Source: Malacoraja senta (lineage: Eukaryota). Taken from it: DNA of 64,000 nucleotides. The notes under the pieces were generated by a model that saw only the letters and a list, made by a program, of their open reading frames with translations, searched no databases and was not told where the DNA came from. The translations under genes and the position numbers were made by a program. Location: contig CM075979.1 of assembly GCA_038087875.1 (NCBI GenBank), forward strand, positions 12,028,001 to 12,092,000, in the 5' to 3' direction. How positions within the stretch are numbered: position 1 is the first letter of the stretch; every line of letters begins with the position of its first letter. Below, in pieces: positions 1-10,963 of this stretch.

Positions 1-58
1 AATCCAACGCAGATTGGAGGAACAGCACCTCATATTTTGCTTGGGATGTTACACCCTG
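1..58 (+). mobile_element. Penelope-like element fragment (C-terminal end of GIY-YIG endonuclease region)
   Basis: Translates as ...QRRLEEQHLIFCLG, resembling the EEQHLIFRLG end of fish/chondrichthyan Penelope ORFs (recognised, not searched). Confidence 0.5.
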
Positions 59-253
59 CATTTACGGGCCTATTAAATAGCAGCAAGTAAGAATATCATT
101 ATTCCATGGCTGGTACATATGACAATTAAACAGTCCTGAGCTGGGAGTTTCAGCTGGGAGTGGGTGTTGCCCCTGTCCTCTACCCATTTGCTGGGTTGGC
201 TTTGACCTTTGCTGGTTTACCACTGACCTGTCCTTTTTGTGATCTCACGCTAG

Positions 254-417
254 GAGCTGAGAAAAGAACTGGAAGAGACAATTCAAGCTGTTGTGCAGAA
301 GCTTCACCTCTTGGCACCATTTAAGGAATCTTGGGATGAATCGATGGAGGTTCTGGAAAGTGCTTGCACACAGTGTCAGCAAGAATACCTCAACACCAAA
401 CACAAACTGGCCAACAC
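254..417 (+). CDS. Internal coding exon of an unidentified coiled-coil protein gene (ELRKELEETIQAVVQKLHLLAPFKESWDESMEVLESACTQCQQEYLNTKHKLAN-T)
   Basis: Pyrimidine tract plus ctag acceptor (AG 252-253), open frame of 54 codons + 2 nt, consensus donor GTAAGT at 418-423. Its phase-2 end (AC) joins the G at 1999 to give ACG and stays in frame with the 2057-2815 ORF. Confidence 0.72.
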
Positions 418-524
418 GTAAGTTAACCTAAACACCCCTAGCCCCCCTGAAATGGAGAAGAGAAAGAAAAGGGTTACATTTCTCTGTCATGGATAGCCAG
501 GGGTTTTTAATTTTAAAAAAAAAG

Positions 525-821
525 TTTTAGAGATACAGCACGGAAACAGGCCATTCGGCCCACCGAGTCCACACCGACCAGTGATCCCCGCACATTAACA
601 CTATCCTACACACACACTGGTGACAATTTACACATACACCAATTAACCTACATACTTGTACGTCTTTGGAGTGTGGGAGGAAACCGAAGATCTCGGAGAA
701 ACCCCACGTGGTCACGGGGAGAACATACAAACTCCGTACAGACAGCACCCGTAGTCGGGATCGAACCCGGGTCTATGGTGCTGTAAGGCAGCAACTCTAC
801 CGCTGCGCTACCGTGGCCGCC
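525..821 (-). mobile_element. tRNA-derived V-SINE (HE1-like), full length
   Basis: - strand: A box GGTAGCGCAGCGG, B box GGTTCGATCC, V-domain (GTTTGTATGTTCTCCCCGTG...GGTTTCCTCCCAC) and CR1-type tail GGGCCGAATGGCCTGTTTCCGTGCTGTATCTCTA. Confidence 0.85.
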
Positions 822-837
822 CTATAACTTAGTGAGG

Positions 838-1185
838 TACCCGAAAACTATAGGGTGGCTCTATTTCAGATAGGCTGCGAGGAAAAGCCTAGGAACTGCA
901 AATAGGTGAGCCTCACATCAATGGTGGCTACGTTATTGGAGGGGACTCGAAGAGACAGGATCTACATGGATTTTCAAAGGCAAGGAGTGATTAGGAATAA
1001 TCAGCATAGCTTTGTGCATGCAAAATCATGTTACATCAATTTGATTGAGTTCTTTGAAGAGGTGACTACAAAGATGGATGAGAGCAGTGCAGTAGACATC
1101 GTGGCACAGCGATAGAGGTACCTCATGGTAGGCTGGTCTGGAAGGTTAGATCACATCGGATCCAGGGAGAGCTGGCCAACTTGAT
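838..1185 (+). mobile_element. Decayed CR1 LINE ORF2 (RT N-terminal) fragment
   Basis: Translation ...IRNNQHSFVHAKSCYINLIEFFEEVTTKMDESSAVDIV matches the CR1 QHGF..GKSCLTNLIEFFEEVT..VD motif. Confidence 0.75.
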
Positions 1186-1320
1186 ACAGTTGAAGAAGGG
1201 TCTCAACCCGAAAGGTCACCTATTTATTTTCTCCCGAGATGCTGCCTGACCTGCTGATTTACTCCAGCATTTTATGACTATCTTCAGTGTAAACCAGCAT
1301 CTGCAGTTACTTCCTACACA
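1186..1320 (+). mobile_element. Penelope-like terminal repeat (pLTR) fragment
   Basis: TGAAGAAGGGTCTCAACCCGAAAGGTCACC...GATGCTGCCTGACCTGCTGA...CCAGCATCTGCAGT, the same unit found dozens of times in the window. Confidence 0.7.
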
Positions 1321-1880
1321 GTCCAAAGTGTTTAACTGTCATATGCATGAGCAATGGAACAATAACAGTCTTACCTGCTTGAGCGTAACAGGTCCATTAA
1401 CGCAATAACACACAAATAAATATACAATCATTAGTAATATAATAAATGAATAAACATATTACTAGGTAACCATAATAGTGCAAAACCAAAGTCTGCAGTG
1501 CAACCATTGACACAGTCATAGAAGATCATAGTTGTGGGGTTAGCGTTGTTTATTGTTCAATAGCCTGCTGGTTGTTGGAAAGAAGCTGTTTTTGAACCCG
1601 GAGGTCATGGTTTTCAGGCTCCTGTACCTTCTTCCCGATGGTCATAGCAAGATGAGAGCATGGCTCAGGTGGTGTAGGTCTTCGATGATATCAACTGGCC
1701 TCTTGAGGCAGTGCCCACTAACCTCCCCACATGGTGAGGAGGTCAGTGCTTGTAATGTCTATCACTCTTCTTTGTTCCTGGGCGTTTGTGTTGTCGAACC
1801 AGGTCATGATGCAACCAATCTGTATGCTCTCTACAACACAACTTGTTGAAGTTCAAGAGAGTATTCATGGACATACCACA
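1321..1880 (-). mobile_element. Rex1/Babar-type LINE 3' fragment
   Basis: - strand encodes GRRYRSLKTMTSGFKNSFFPTTSRLLN (Rex1-type C-terminal motif) followed by the family 3' UTR. Related copies lie at about 11760-12260, 19100-19560 (+), 22160-22640, 38140-38930, 41940-42245, 45660-46700 and 57990-58180. Confidence 0.7.
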
Positions 1881-1998
1881 CATCCTCTTCCCTCTGGCAT
1901 GATGGTAAGTCCTAAGGTTGTGAAAACCTCTGGAGAAATGCAGGCTCTTTAGCTCCTTGCAGACACCCTAATGTTAAAACTGTTGTTGATTCCATCAG

Positions 1999-2815
1999 GA
2001 TCCGGGAGCTGGAACTTGAGAATGTTCTCAGGAAAGAGGCCGAAGAGCTAACAGTTGTGGCAGAACTGAGGGCAGAAGAAGCCATGCTTGAGGCAGAGGC
2101 CATCAGAACCCGATCACTTGGAGCCTCGAAGCTGGACGAGGCCTGGGAAGATGTGGCTGCACTGGGGCGAGATGTTGAAGTTCCTACCCTGGAAGCGGAT
2201 GGAAGATCACTGACGTCCAACCAGAATGAAGAAAAGTTGTGTCCTCTGGAGCTAAAGGTTTGGCAGCCGGTCAGCGAGGCCAAGGCAGAGGCCTTGGAGA
2301 AGATGGCAGCAGCCCTGGATGCAGCTGAAGCGAGAGTGGCAGCCTGGAAGGTCAAGGCCAGTGAGGCGGAGAGGAGGATGGTGGAGATGGAACAGGCTGT
2401 TGCTGCTGCTGGGGTAAAGGCAGACACTGAAGGAGACAAGGCCTTGCTCTACCTGGCAGAGGCAGAAAAGCTGAAGGGGGAGATCGAGAGCCTGATGATG
2501 CAGGCCGAGGAGTCAACCAAAAGGACGTCTGCCATGGAAGAGCAAATGGCCGAGCTCAGTCAGATGCTATCAGCAACACAGCTAGAAGCCTCTTCAGCTC
2601 AGCACAGAGCTGCGCTGGCAGAAGAGGGACAATTGGCTGCGTTGGCCACAATCCCGGGAGGTGACAGCCAATGGAAGATAGCAGCTGAGCAGGTGGGCAT
2701 GCTGGTCCCGTCCAACACTCTCTCTGGAGAGCTCCAGTCGAACTTGGAGGGCTGGGAATTCTCATCAGCTCAGGCAGCTTCTGTGGCGAGAGAACGAGAT
2801 TTGATGATTCAATAG
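1999..2815 (+). CDS. Large, probably terminal exon of the same Ala/Glu-rich coiled-coil protein
   Basis: Acceptor ttgttgattccatcAG (1997-1998); open frame IRELELENVLRKEAEELTVVAELRAEE... continuing into ORF 2057-2815; heptad-like A/E/L/K composition. The stop lies in a CR1 tail; an internal donor (CAG|GTGGGC after 2692) is an alternative 3' end. Confidence 0.7.
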
Positions 2816-3315
2816 ACAATAGGTGCAGGAGTAGGCCATTTGGCCCTTCGAGCCAGTGCCGCCATTCAATGTGATCATGGCTGATCATCCCCAAGCAGTA
2901 CCCCGTTCCTGCCTTCGCCCCATATCCCCTGACTCTGCTATTTTTAAGAGCCCTATCTAGCTCTCTGTTGAAAGCACCCAGAGAACCTGCCTCCACCGCC
3001 TTCTGAGGCAGAGAATTCCACAGGCTCACCACGCTCTGTGAGAAAAAATATTTCCTCGTCTCCGTTCTAAATGGCTTACTCCTTATTCTTAAACTGTGGC
3101 CCCTGGTTCTGGACTCCCCCAACATCTGGAACATGTTTCCTGCCTCTTGCGGGTCCAAGCCTTTAACAATCTTATATGTTTCAATGAGATCCCCTCTCAT
3201 CCTTCTAAACTCCAGAGTGTACAAGCCCAGCTGCTCCTTTCTCTCAGCATATGACAATCCCGCCATCCCGGGAATTAACCTTGTAAACCTACGCTGCACT
3301 CCCTCAATAGCAAGA
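2810..3315 (-). mobile_element. 5'-truncated CR1 (HER1-like) LINE, young
   Basis: ORF 2556-3416(-) contains LAIEGVQRRFTRLIPGMAGLSY...LEFRRMRGDLIETYKI...RTRGHSLRI...FFSQSVVSLWNSLP; 3' UTR ends in a CTATTGT repeat tail. Confidence 0.92.
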
Positions 3316-3899
3316 TACAGGTCAATGACCTTCCATAAGAACTTGTAGAAGTGCGAGATGAAACAACAGTCTGTGGAGGCTGACGGGTTATTGGAACGCT
3401 CAAGATCGGAGTTCAATGGAGATCAGCAAAACACAAAGTACTGGAGGAATGCACTGGGTCAGACAGCATCTCTGGAGAAAATGGACTGATAACTTTTCAG
3501 GCCAGGACCCTTCTGCAGAAGGGACATGACCTGAATTGCCGTCAGTCCATGACCTCCACAGATGCTGCCTATCCCGGTGACTTTCTCCAGCACTCTGCAA
3601 TTTGCTCAAGATTTCATCATCTGTGGTCTCTTGTGTATCTGTTAATAGAGATGCGTTAGGCGAGACGTGATAAAGGTATATAAATTATAACGAGGTGTAG
3701 ATCAGCCAAAAAATAGGAAAGATGCTGAATGGCCTCACAGTCACTTAGCACAGGAACAGGCCCTCCGGAGCACCACATCTACGCTGTCCTTTCAATGCCC
3801 TAATCCTACATCAGTGCAGTCATTCCTGGTGAGGTAATGTTCCTGACACCAACATTACTGAGATGAATTAATGTATTACCTTGCTGAGGATGACATTAT

Positions 3900-4370
3900 T
3901 TTGGAAAAAGTGTCGAAAATATTTATAAGAATGTTGCAAGGACAAGGGCCTGAGCTATAGTGAGAGGTTCGGCAGGCTAGAACTTTATTCCTTGGAGAGC
4001 CGGAGGCTGAGGGTTGATGTTATAGAGATGTATTAAATCATGAGGGGAATAGATAAAGTAATGTTCAGAGTATTTTCCCAGGGTAGGGGAATCAAGAACT
4101 AAGTGACATAGGCCTAAGATGAGAGATTTAATAGGAACCTGAGGAGAAAACGTTTCACAGAAAGAGTGATAGGTGTAATGAACGAGCTGCCAGAGGAAGC
4201 AGTTGAGGCAGAAACAATAACAACATTTAAAAGACATTTTGACAACGATCTTGATAAAAGTTTAGAGGAATAGGGTCAAACGCGGATAAATGGACTAACT
4301 TAGATGGTGCATCTTGGCCAGCATGCATGAGTTAGGGTGAAGGGCCTGATCATTGCTCTATGACTCTCGG
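3900..4370 (+). mobile_element. Decayed CR1 3' fragment
   Basis: AGGCTGAGGG..GATGTTATAGAG, TTTTCCCAGGGTAGGGGAATCAAGAACTA, GAGCTGCCAGAGGAAG and CTATGACTCT tail. Confidence 0.75.
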
Positions 4371-5648
4371 ACCCTTCACTATAGCATCGAATGCTGGTCA
4401 TTTGATGAGAGGGTGACGTGATGGTGTAAAAGATTCTTTGCTATTGTTCAGCGATGAGGGTAGGAGATATCTCCGATAGTTTGGCCAAACTTTACTCCTC
4501 TGCCACTCCAATGATCTGTCCATCTGTCTTGCTGATGCTGCTGGGAGCTTGTTCTGCACAGATAGACACATCGCCATGGCAACTGCACTTCCAAAGTTAT
4601 AAATGGCATTGGGATTCCTTGAGGTGGGAAAAAAAGCTGTAGTAACCGCTTGGAGAGTTGGTGAGCTGTTAAGCCACCTTGTATTAGCAAGGTTAATGGA
4701 GCTATTGTTCTTTAGGCTTTGGTGTAACTGATGATCAATTGGAATACAGTGCTCGGTTAGTGTGGTTGAATTGCCATGACAACAGAACAAAACCTATAAA
4801 AACATTGACCATGTAAGCTAAACAGCGCATTGTTAAAAATATACCCTTGACTACCATACCACTTGACTTCCTGTTTGTTTTAACATGTTAAATATAATCC
4901 AAAGCCTTATGAGGGATTCATTTGGATTAATTATGCGGGGAATAGTTTAATTTTGGAATGCACCAATCTTCACCAATATGCTCCTTTGCTTAAGATGATT
5001 GCCCTGAAAATCCTTGGCAGTCCTGTGTGATTCAACAACCACATCCAATTAAAGCTTCCATGCAAGTGACCACCACCTCTATCTTTCTTGGAGTTTCCAT
5101 TGCTAGCTGTCTTGTTATTTAACTAGTATCCAAAGGTCTGGTCGAAAGACCCAAGTTCAAGTCTACCCAAGCAGTGTAATAGTTAATTAAATGAATCCTC
5201 TTAAATCTTTCCCCTCTTACCTTAAACCTATGCCCTCTTCTTCTTCATTCTGCAACCCTGGGAAGAAGACTTTGCGCATTCACCCTATCTATTCCCCTCA
5301 TGCTTTTATACACCTACATAAGATCACCCCTCATCGTCCTGTGCTACAAGGAATAAAGCCCTAGCCTGCCTAACCTCTCCTTCAAGTCCTGGCAAAATCC
5401 TCGTAAATTTAGATGGATTTAGTTCTTAGGGCTAAAGGAATCAAGGGATATGGGTAAAAAGCAGGAACGGGGTACTAATTTTAGATGATCAGCCATGATT
5501 GAATGGCTCGAAGCGCCAAATGGCCTGCTCCTACACCTATTTTTCTATGTTTCCATGTAAACATTCTCTGAACTCTTTCCACCTCAAGTACATTTTCCCC
5601 TATAGCAGGGTGACCAAACCCGTACATAATCCTCCAAGTACCGCTTCA

Positions 5649-5769
5649 AGCATTTCGGCCCGAAACGTTGCCTATTTCCTTCGCTCCATAGATGCTGCTG
5701 CACCCGCTGAGTTTCTCCAGCATTTTTGTGTACCTTCGATTTTCCAGCATCTGCAGTTCCTTCTTAAAC
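5649..5769 (+). mobile_element. Short Penelope-like insertion with TSD, inside an older CR1 fragment (about 5190-5860, -)
   Basis: Flanked by ACCGCTTCA at 5640-5648 and 5770-5778; near identical to the 38611-38793 and about 10062-10190 copies. Confidence 0.75.
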
Positions 5770-5989
5770 ACCGCTTCAGCAACGTCTTGTACAGCTTCTA
5801 TACTCAATTCCCTGACTGATAAAGGCCAATGTGCCTTCTTCACCATGATCTACCTGCAACGGACACAAAATGCTGGAGTAACTCAGCAGGACAGGCAGCA
5901 TCTCTGGAGATAAGGAATGGGTGATGTTTTGGGTCGAGACCCTTCTTCAGACCTCTATCTACCTGCAACACTACTTTCAGGGAACTTTA

Positions 5990-6291
5990 GACTTTAAACT
6001 TTAGAAATACAGGGTGGGAACGGACCCTTCGGCTCACCAGGTCCGCGCTGACCAGTGATCACCCCGTACACTAACACTATGCTACACACTAGAACTGTTA
6101 CAATTAACAGGTCTATTAACCTACAAACCTGTACATCTTTAGTGTGTGGGAGGAAACCGGAGCACCTGGGAAAACCCACACTGTTACGGGGAGAACGTAA
6201 AACTCTGTGCAGACAGCATTTGTAGTCAAGATCGAACCCAGGTGGCTGGTACTGTAAGGCAGCAACTCTACTGCTGTGCCACTGTGCGGCC
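5990..6291 (-). mobile_element. tRNA-derived V-SINE (HE1-like)
   Basis: Same A/B box head, V-domain and CR1-like tail as 525-821. Confidence 0.8.
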
Positions 6292-7776
6292 CCTATACTA
6301 TGTTCTTGTACTCGAGAGCTCTCTGCTCTACAACATTCCGTTCACTGTGAAAGATACGAGCAGAATTAGGCCATTTGGCCCATCAAGTCTCCTCCGCCAT
6401 TCAATCATGGCTGATCTATCTTTCTCTCTAAACCCCATTCTCTGCCTTCTCCCCATAACGCTTGAGATCCACACTAATCAATTCTACCCTGGTTTAACTT
6501 CCTAATATCCAACAGCTCACACTTATCGGAATGAAACTACATGTGCCATTCCTCGGCCCACTCCCCAAGCTGATCCAGATCCCGCTGTAATTCTCGATAA
6601 CCATCTTCACTAAGATGCCACCTGTTCCCGTCTATTTAAGTGTCATTCATCAACACCATTGATTTTAGTGACTTGGATTTGAGATGAAACTGGATAAACA
6701 TGAGAGAGTCCAGAAAGGAGGTGGGGAGTTGTGGGTGGCAGCTGGTGTTCTATAGAGTTGCTGATCGACTGGTTCCCCTGCTGTGCACTTCATGTAATCG
6801 CTGAAAGTGGGGTCATTGAAGGTTTTGAAACTAGGCTGGGTAATTGAAGTTGAGATAAAGCATAGGTTAGTGGGATGAATGGTCTGTTAATTGTCCCACG
6901 TTTCTTTATAGAGACGATTCAGTCACATCCTAAGACAAAATGATTCCTCCAAGCTGGTGACAAAGGTGTTTGAGTGAGGGGTGAGGTTAGTGGGATGCTT
7001 GCTCCTCTGATTTGGAGGTGAGTAGATGTCCAGAGTTATAGTGCTTGGAATCATGAAGTCATACAGTACAGACCTGGCCCTTTGGCCCAACTCATCCATG
7101 CTGACCAAGATGGCCCACCTGTGCTCGTCCCATTTGCCCGTGATTGGCCCATATCCCTCCAAACCATTCCTGTCCAATGTACCTGCCCAATTATTTTTAA
7201 AATGCTGTTACTTTAGCGTCCAGGCTTTTGTCTGTGACTGTGGTCGCTCTCACCCAGTGGCCTGTGTTGTTTTGTTGCCATGGTGAAGTGCTTTATCTGG
7301 AACTTTGTGGGGTTTTTTTGGATTGAGTTCAATTTTCAAAATGAGCAACATTTTCAATATCTTCTCGATCTAATATGTTTATTTTCTCTTGCTCCTTTTG
7401 GGTCACGGTGGGAGTATCATGCGCATTAGTGGGATTAATCAGAGGAAAGCCGTTGAATATTGAAATGAAACAAACCTACTTTGAACTGGGCAATTTTACC
7501 TTGGACTGGACAGTACCAGCAACAGGGGTATTATAATTGCAGAGGGAAGGCTTTAAATTGGTCCCACACCAAAAGACATTCGGACAGATATAGGCCAAAT
7601 ACGGGCAAATGAGGTTATCACAAAGTGGGTCGAAGGGCCTGTTCCGTCCCATACAGCTTTATGACACTTGATTGATGCACAACCCATACATATTGATGCA
7701 GAATCTAGGCTCCTCCACATGTGATCTCTTGCTTGCCCCCCCCCCCCCCCCCAATACGTTCTTGATGATCATACTC

Positions 7777-7976
7777 NNNNNNNNNNNNNNNNNNNNNNNN
7801 NNNNNNNNNNNNNNNNNNNNNNNNNNNNNNNNNNNNNNNNNNNNNNNNNNNNNNNNNNNNNNNNNNNNNNNNNNNNNNNNNNNNNNNNNNNNNNNNNNNN
7901 NNNNNNNNNNNNNNNNNNNNNNNNNNNNNNNNNNNNNNNNNNNNNNNNNNNNNNNNNNNNNNNNNNNNNNNNNNNN
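7777..7976. other. Assembly gap (200 N)
   Basis: Run of N, preceded by a poly-C tract. Confidence 0.99.
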
Positions 7977-8404
7977 ATTCCAGCCTTATGTATTTAGCTT
8001 CCATCCATCACTTGCCAGCTCTTGCCTCACCCCTTCCCCTCACCTCAGTTTACCAGATATCTCCCCACTACTCCATCAGTCTGAAGAAGGATCCCACCTG
8101 AAACGTCATCTGGCCGTTTCCTTCCACAGATGTTGCCTGACCCACTGACTTCCCCCAGCACTTTGTGTTTTGTTCAAGATTCCAGCATCTGCAGTTTCTT
8201 GTGTCTCTCTTATAATGGGAACCTCCGATGCCAACATCTTGTTGTAGTTACACCCGGCTGCCAGCAGTGGTGCAGGCGAGCTTGAAATGACAGCATTCAA
8301 CCATGGACTCTCGTTGTCACGAATGCAGGATCTGGGACAGAATTGCTGGGAATTGGATGCAGGCTTTTTAAACATTATGGTGATATTAAATACACCAGAA
8401 ACAC

Positions 8405-8823
8405 AAGTTCACAAGTTATAGTAGAATTAGGCCATTCGGCCCATCGAGTCTACTCCCGCCATTCAATCATGGCTGATCACCGCCTCCTAACCCTATTTTC
8501 CTGCCTTCTCCCCATAACCCTTGACACCCGTTCTAATCAAGAATTTGTCTATGCCTTAAAAATATCCACTGACGGTCACCACAGCCCTCCGTGGCAATGA
8601 GTTCCACAGATTAACTACCGTCTGACTAAAGAAGTTCCTCTTCACATTCTTTCTAAAAGAGCGCCCTTTAACTCTGAGGCTTTTACCTCTGGTCCTAGAC
8701 TCTCCCACCAGTGGAAACATCCTTACCACATCCACTCTATCTATGCCTTTCATTATTCTGTAAATTTCAAGGTCCACCCTCAAACTTCTAAACTCCAGCG
8801 AGTAGCGGCCCAATGCTGTCAAC
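8405..8823 (-). mobile_element. 5'-truncated CR1 LINE fragment
   Basis: ORF 8556-9185(-) C-terminal part YSLEFRSLRVDLEIYRIMKGIDRVD..MFPLVGESRTRG..FFSQTVVNLWNSLP. Confidence 0.85.
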
Positions 8824-9720
8824 TTGAACCAGAAGGAGGGCTGGTGCCGCTCCGGCTCGGAGCACACACACGTATCTCCTTGGGACTGGGCTCGGTGCAC
8901 ACACTCTCTTGTGATATGCTGCGGCAGAAGGTTCCCAAGATGCGCTGCAGCGCTGAATGAAGAAGGACCCGGCAGGCCACTGCGAAGAAGGACCCAGTGG
9001 GGCCGCTGCCTGGAGGGAGGAAGCTCGGAAGCTGCCGAGCTTGGCCCTGAAGACTGGCGAGCCGAGGCGGATGGAGCTGCTGCTGGGACCGGGGCATTGC
9101 CAACAGCGCCTGCAAGATCGGCTGCAGGAGGTGCCACCCCTCGCAGGACACAGAGACGGTCGCAGCGCTGCCAACTCTCATGCATTGAGCGTGAGACTCA
9201 CGCATTTCATCACCACCCTGACGCAGTGCAATAAGTGCCGTGACGTTTTCAGTTGTCGCCGACGGGGTCGTAGCTTGTCGTATCTTGTCGCGGGCGGGCG
9301 TAAGTTGACTTTGGTTGTCGTAGGTAGTCGCCTGTGTGGTCGTAGGTTGTCGTAGGTGTGGTCGTAGGTGGACGTCCCAATTCGCGAGGAATTGTGTTGC
9401 CGGTCGACGTAGCTTGTTGTAGCTTGACGCCGACTAGGTGGCAGCTCGTCGCAGACATTGTCGTGGGTGGGTCCAGATTTCTCACTCTCACCTCTCACCC
9501 AATGTTGGCAGCCCTGCAGTCGGGTGAGGAGAGGGACGTCGGTTTGTGGGCCGAGCCGGTCGAGGGTGACGGAGGAGGCCCTGCAGCAGCCTGGGGCTTA
9601 CCTGGATCGGGGGCCGCTCCAGTACATCGTGCACGTGAACCGCCTTTCAAGCTTTTGTAAATGGCGCCAAAATATGCGAATCTTCCAAGTGCGAGCTGTG
9701 CTAAAGGGATTTCACTGTGC
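8824..9720 (+). pseudogene. GC/CpG-rich coding-like segment, possibly a decayed (retro)gene fragment split by a MITE fragment
   Basis: Sharp GC increase and codon-like composition with frame breaks; segments 8824-9236 and about 9500-9720 flank the 9237-9485 repeat. No family recognised. Confidence 0.3.
9237..9485. mobile_element. Internal fragment of a CpG-rich non-autonomous (probably PIF/Harbinger) element
   Basis: Repeated GTCGTAGGT/TTGTCG motifs and very high CpG, compositionally similar to the 10729 and 62161 elements; termini absent. Confidence 0.45.
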
Positions 9721-10540
9721 AGTGTATACGTGACATTGAACCATTGAAATATACATGAAGGAATTTTGACCATCACATTATGATTTATTGGAATGAAAAT
9801 GAAGCAAGAGGCTAAACTGGAAAGAAAAGCTGTCCTTTCAGAAAACACTCCAAATTTGTCAGCTTCCAGCTGTGACCCTTGCCCATTGAAAATTTGTTCT
9901 ATGATGCTGTGCTGCACAAACAATTCACTGCAACTTGCCCTGTGTACATCAGAGTCCATGGTGACCAGGCACTAGATTCCTTTGAGAAACTAATGGCATT
10001 ACCTTCCAGTGATCTTAATCTGGGACTCTCTACTGTTGGAGATGACAACTTTGCAACATGCTTAAGAAGGAACTGCAGATGCAGGAAAATCAAAGGTGGA
10101 AAAAAATGCTGGAGAAACTCAGCGGGTGAGGCAGCATCTATGGAGCGAAGGAAATAGGCAACGTTTAGGGCCGAAACCCTTCTTCAGACTTTGCAACATG
10201 CGAGGATGTAATTACTGACAAGCCACACTGGGCTGGGCCTCTGTGAACAGAACAAATGAGGGCTGACTGGATGAAGGCTTGTTAATCTTGTGAAAGCTTT
10301 GGTGGAACAGAGACAGATGGAGAGTTTCCACTGGCCGTGAGGGGCCGACTAAAGGTCATCGATGTAAGGAAATCAGGCAGGGAATTCAGGAGAATCTGTT
10401 CTCCCCAGAGTGTGGTGAGAATTGTGGAACACATTCCCACGGGGTTTGGTGAGGGGAAGAACAAAGTTTAAGTTGTGAGAAAGCTGAATAAACACAGGAG
10501 GGAGGAAGGAATGGATGGATGCAGTGAGGAAGGGAGGGAG

Positions 10541-10660
10541 TTCAGTTTAGTTTATTGTCACGTGTACCAAGGTACAGTGAAAAGCTTTTGTTACGTGCTA
10601 ACCAGTCAGCGGAAAGACAATACATGATTATTACAATCGAGCTATTTACAGTGTATAGAT
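10541..10660 (-). mobile_element. Rex1/Babar-type LINE 3' tail
   Basis: - strand AAAAGCTTTTCACTGTACCTTGGTACACGTGACAATAAACTAAACTGAA. Confidence 0.6.
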
Positions 10661-10728
10661 AGATTTTAATGTGTGGAGTGATTGTAATATGTGATTGTAG
10701 ATCTGCTTTTGTGGCTAGAACACAAATA

Positions 10729-10963
10729 AGGGCCTGTCCCACTTGGGCGTTATTTGCGCGTCATTTACGCGACATCATTTACGCATCACGACGCTCGCGT
10801 AACGCGCGCATGGCGTGCATTACACGCGCATGGCACGTGGTGAGAGGTGGTGGCGTAGGCAGTGACGCGCCGTAACGCGAGGCGCCCCAAGATTTTAGGA
10901 TTCTCAAAATCCTCGTGCGCCACCTGCGTGACGCGCAAATGACGCCCAAGTGGGACAGGCCCT
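10729..10963. mobile_element. Complete PIF/Harbinger-like MITE
   Basis: 35-bp TIR AGGGCCTGTCCCACTTGGGCGT(T/C)ATTTGCGCGTCA with one mismatch; 3-bp TSD ATA at 10726-10728 and 10964-10966. Confidence 0.85.

Noticed and set aside
745-821. Genuine tRNA genes at SINE heads (also about 6215-6291 and 21268-21340)
   Set aside because: A/B boxes run directly into the V-domain and LINE tail, so these are SINE heads, not tRNA genes.
1912-2439. 175-aa Ser/Ala-rich ORF on the - strand
   Set aside because: Antisense shadow of the Glu/Ala coiled-coil exon.
254-2815. Gene symbols such as FYCO1 or RUFY4 for the coiled-coil exons
   Set aside because: No specific sequence match recognised; similarity is compositional only.
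8900-9660. Assignment of the GC-rich island to DEDD or MAB21-like families
   Set aside because: Only scattered residue resemblance across different frames; not supportable without an alignment.
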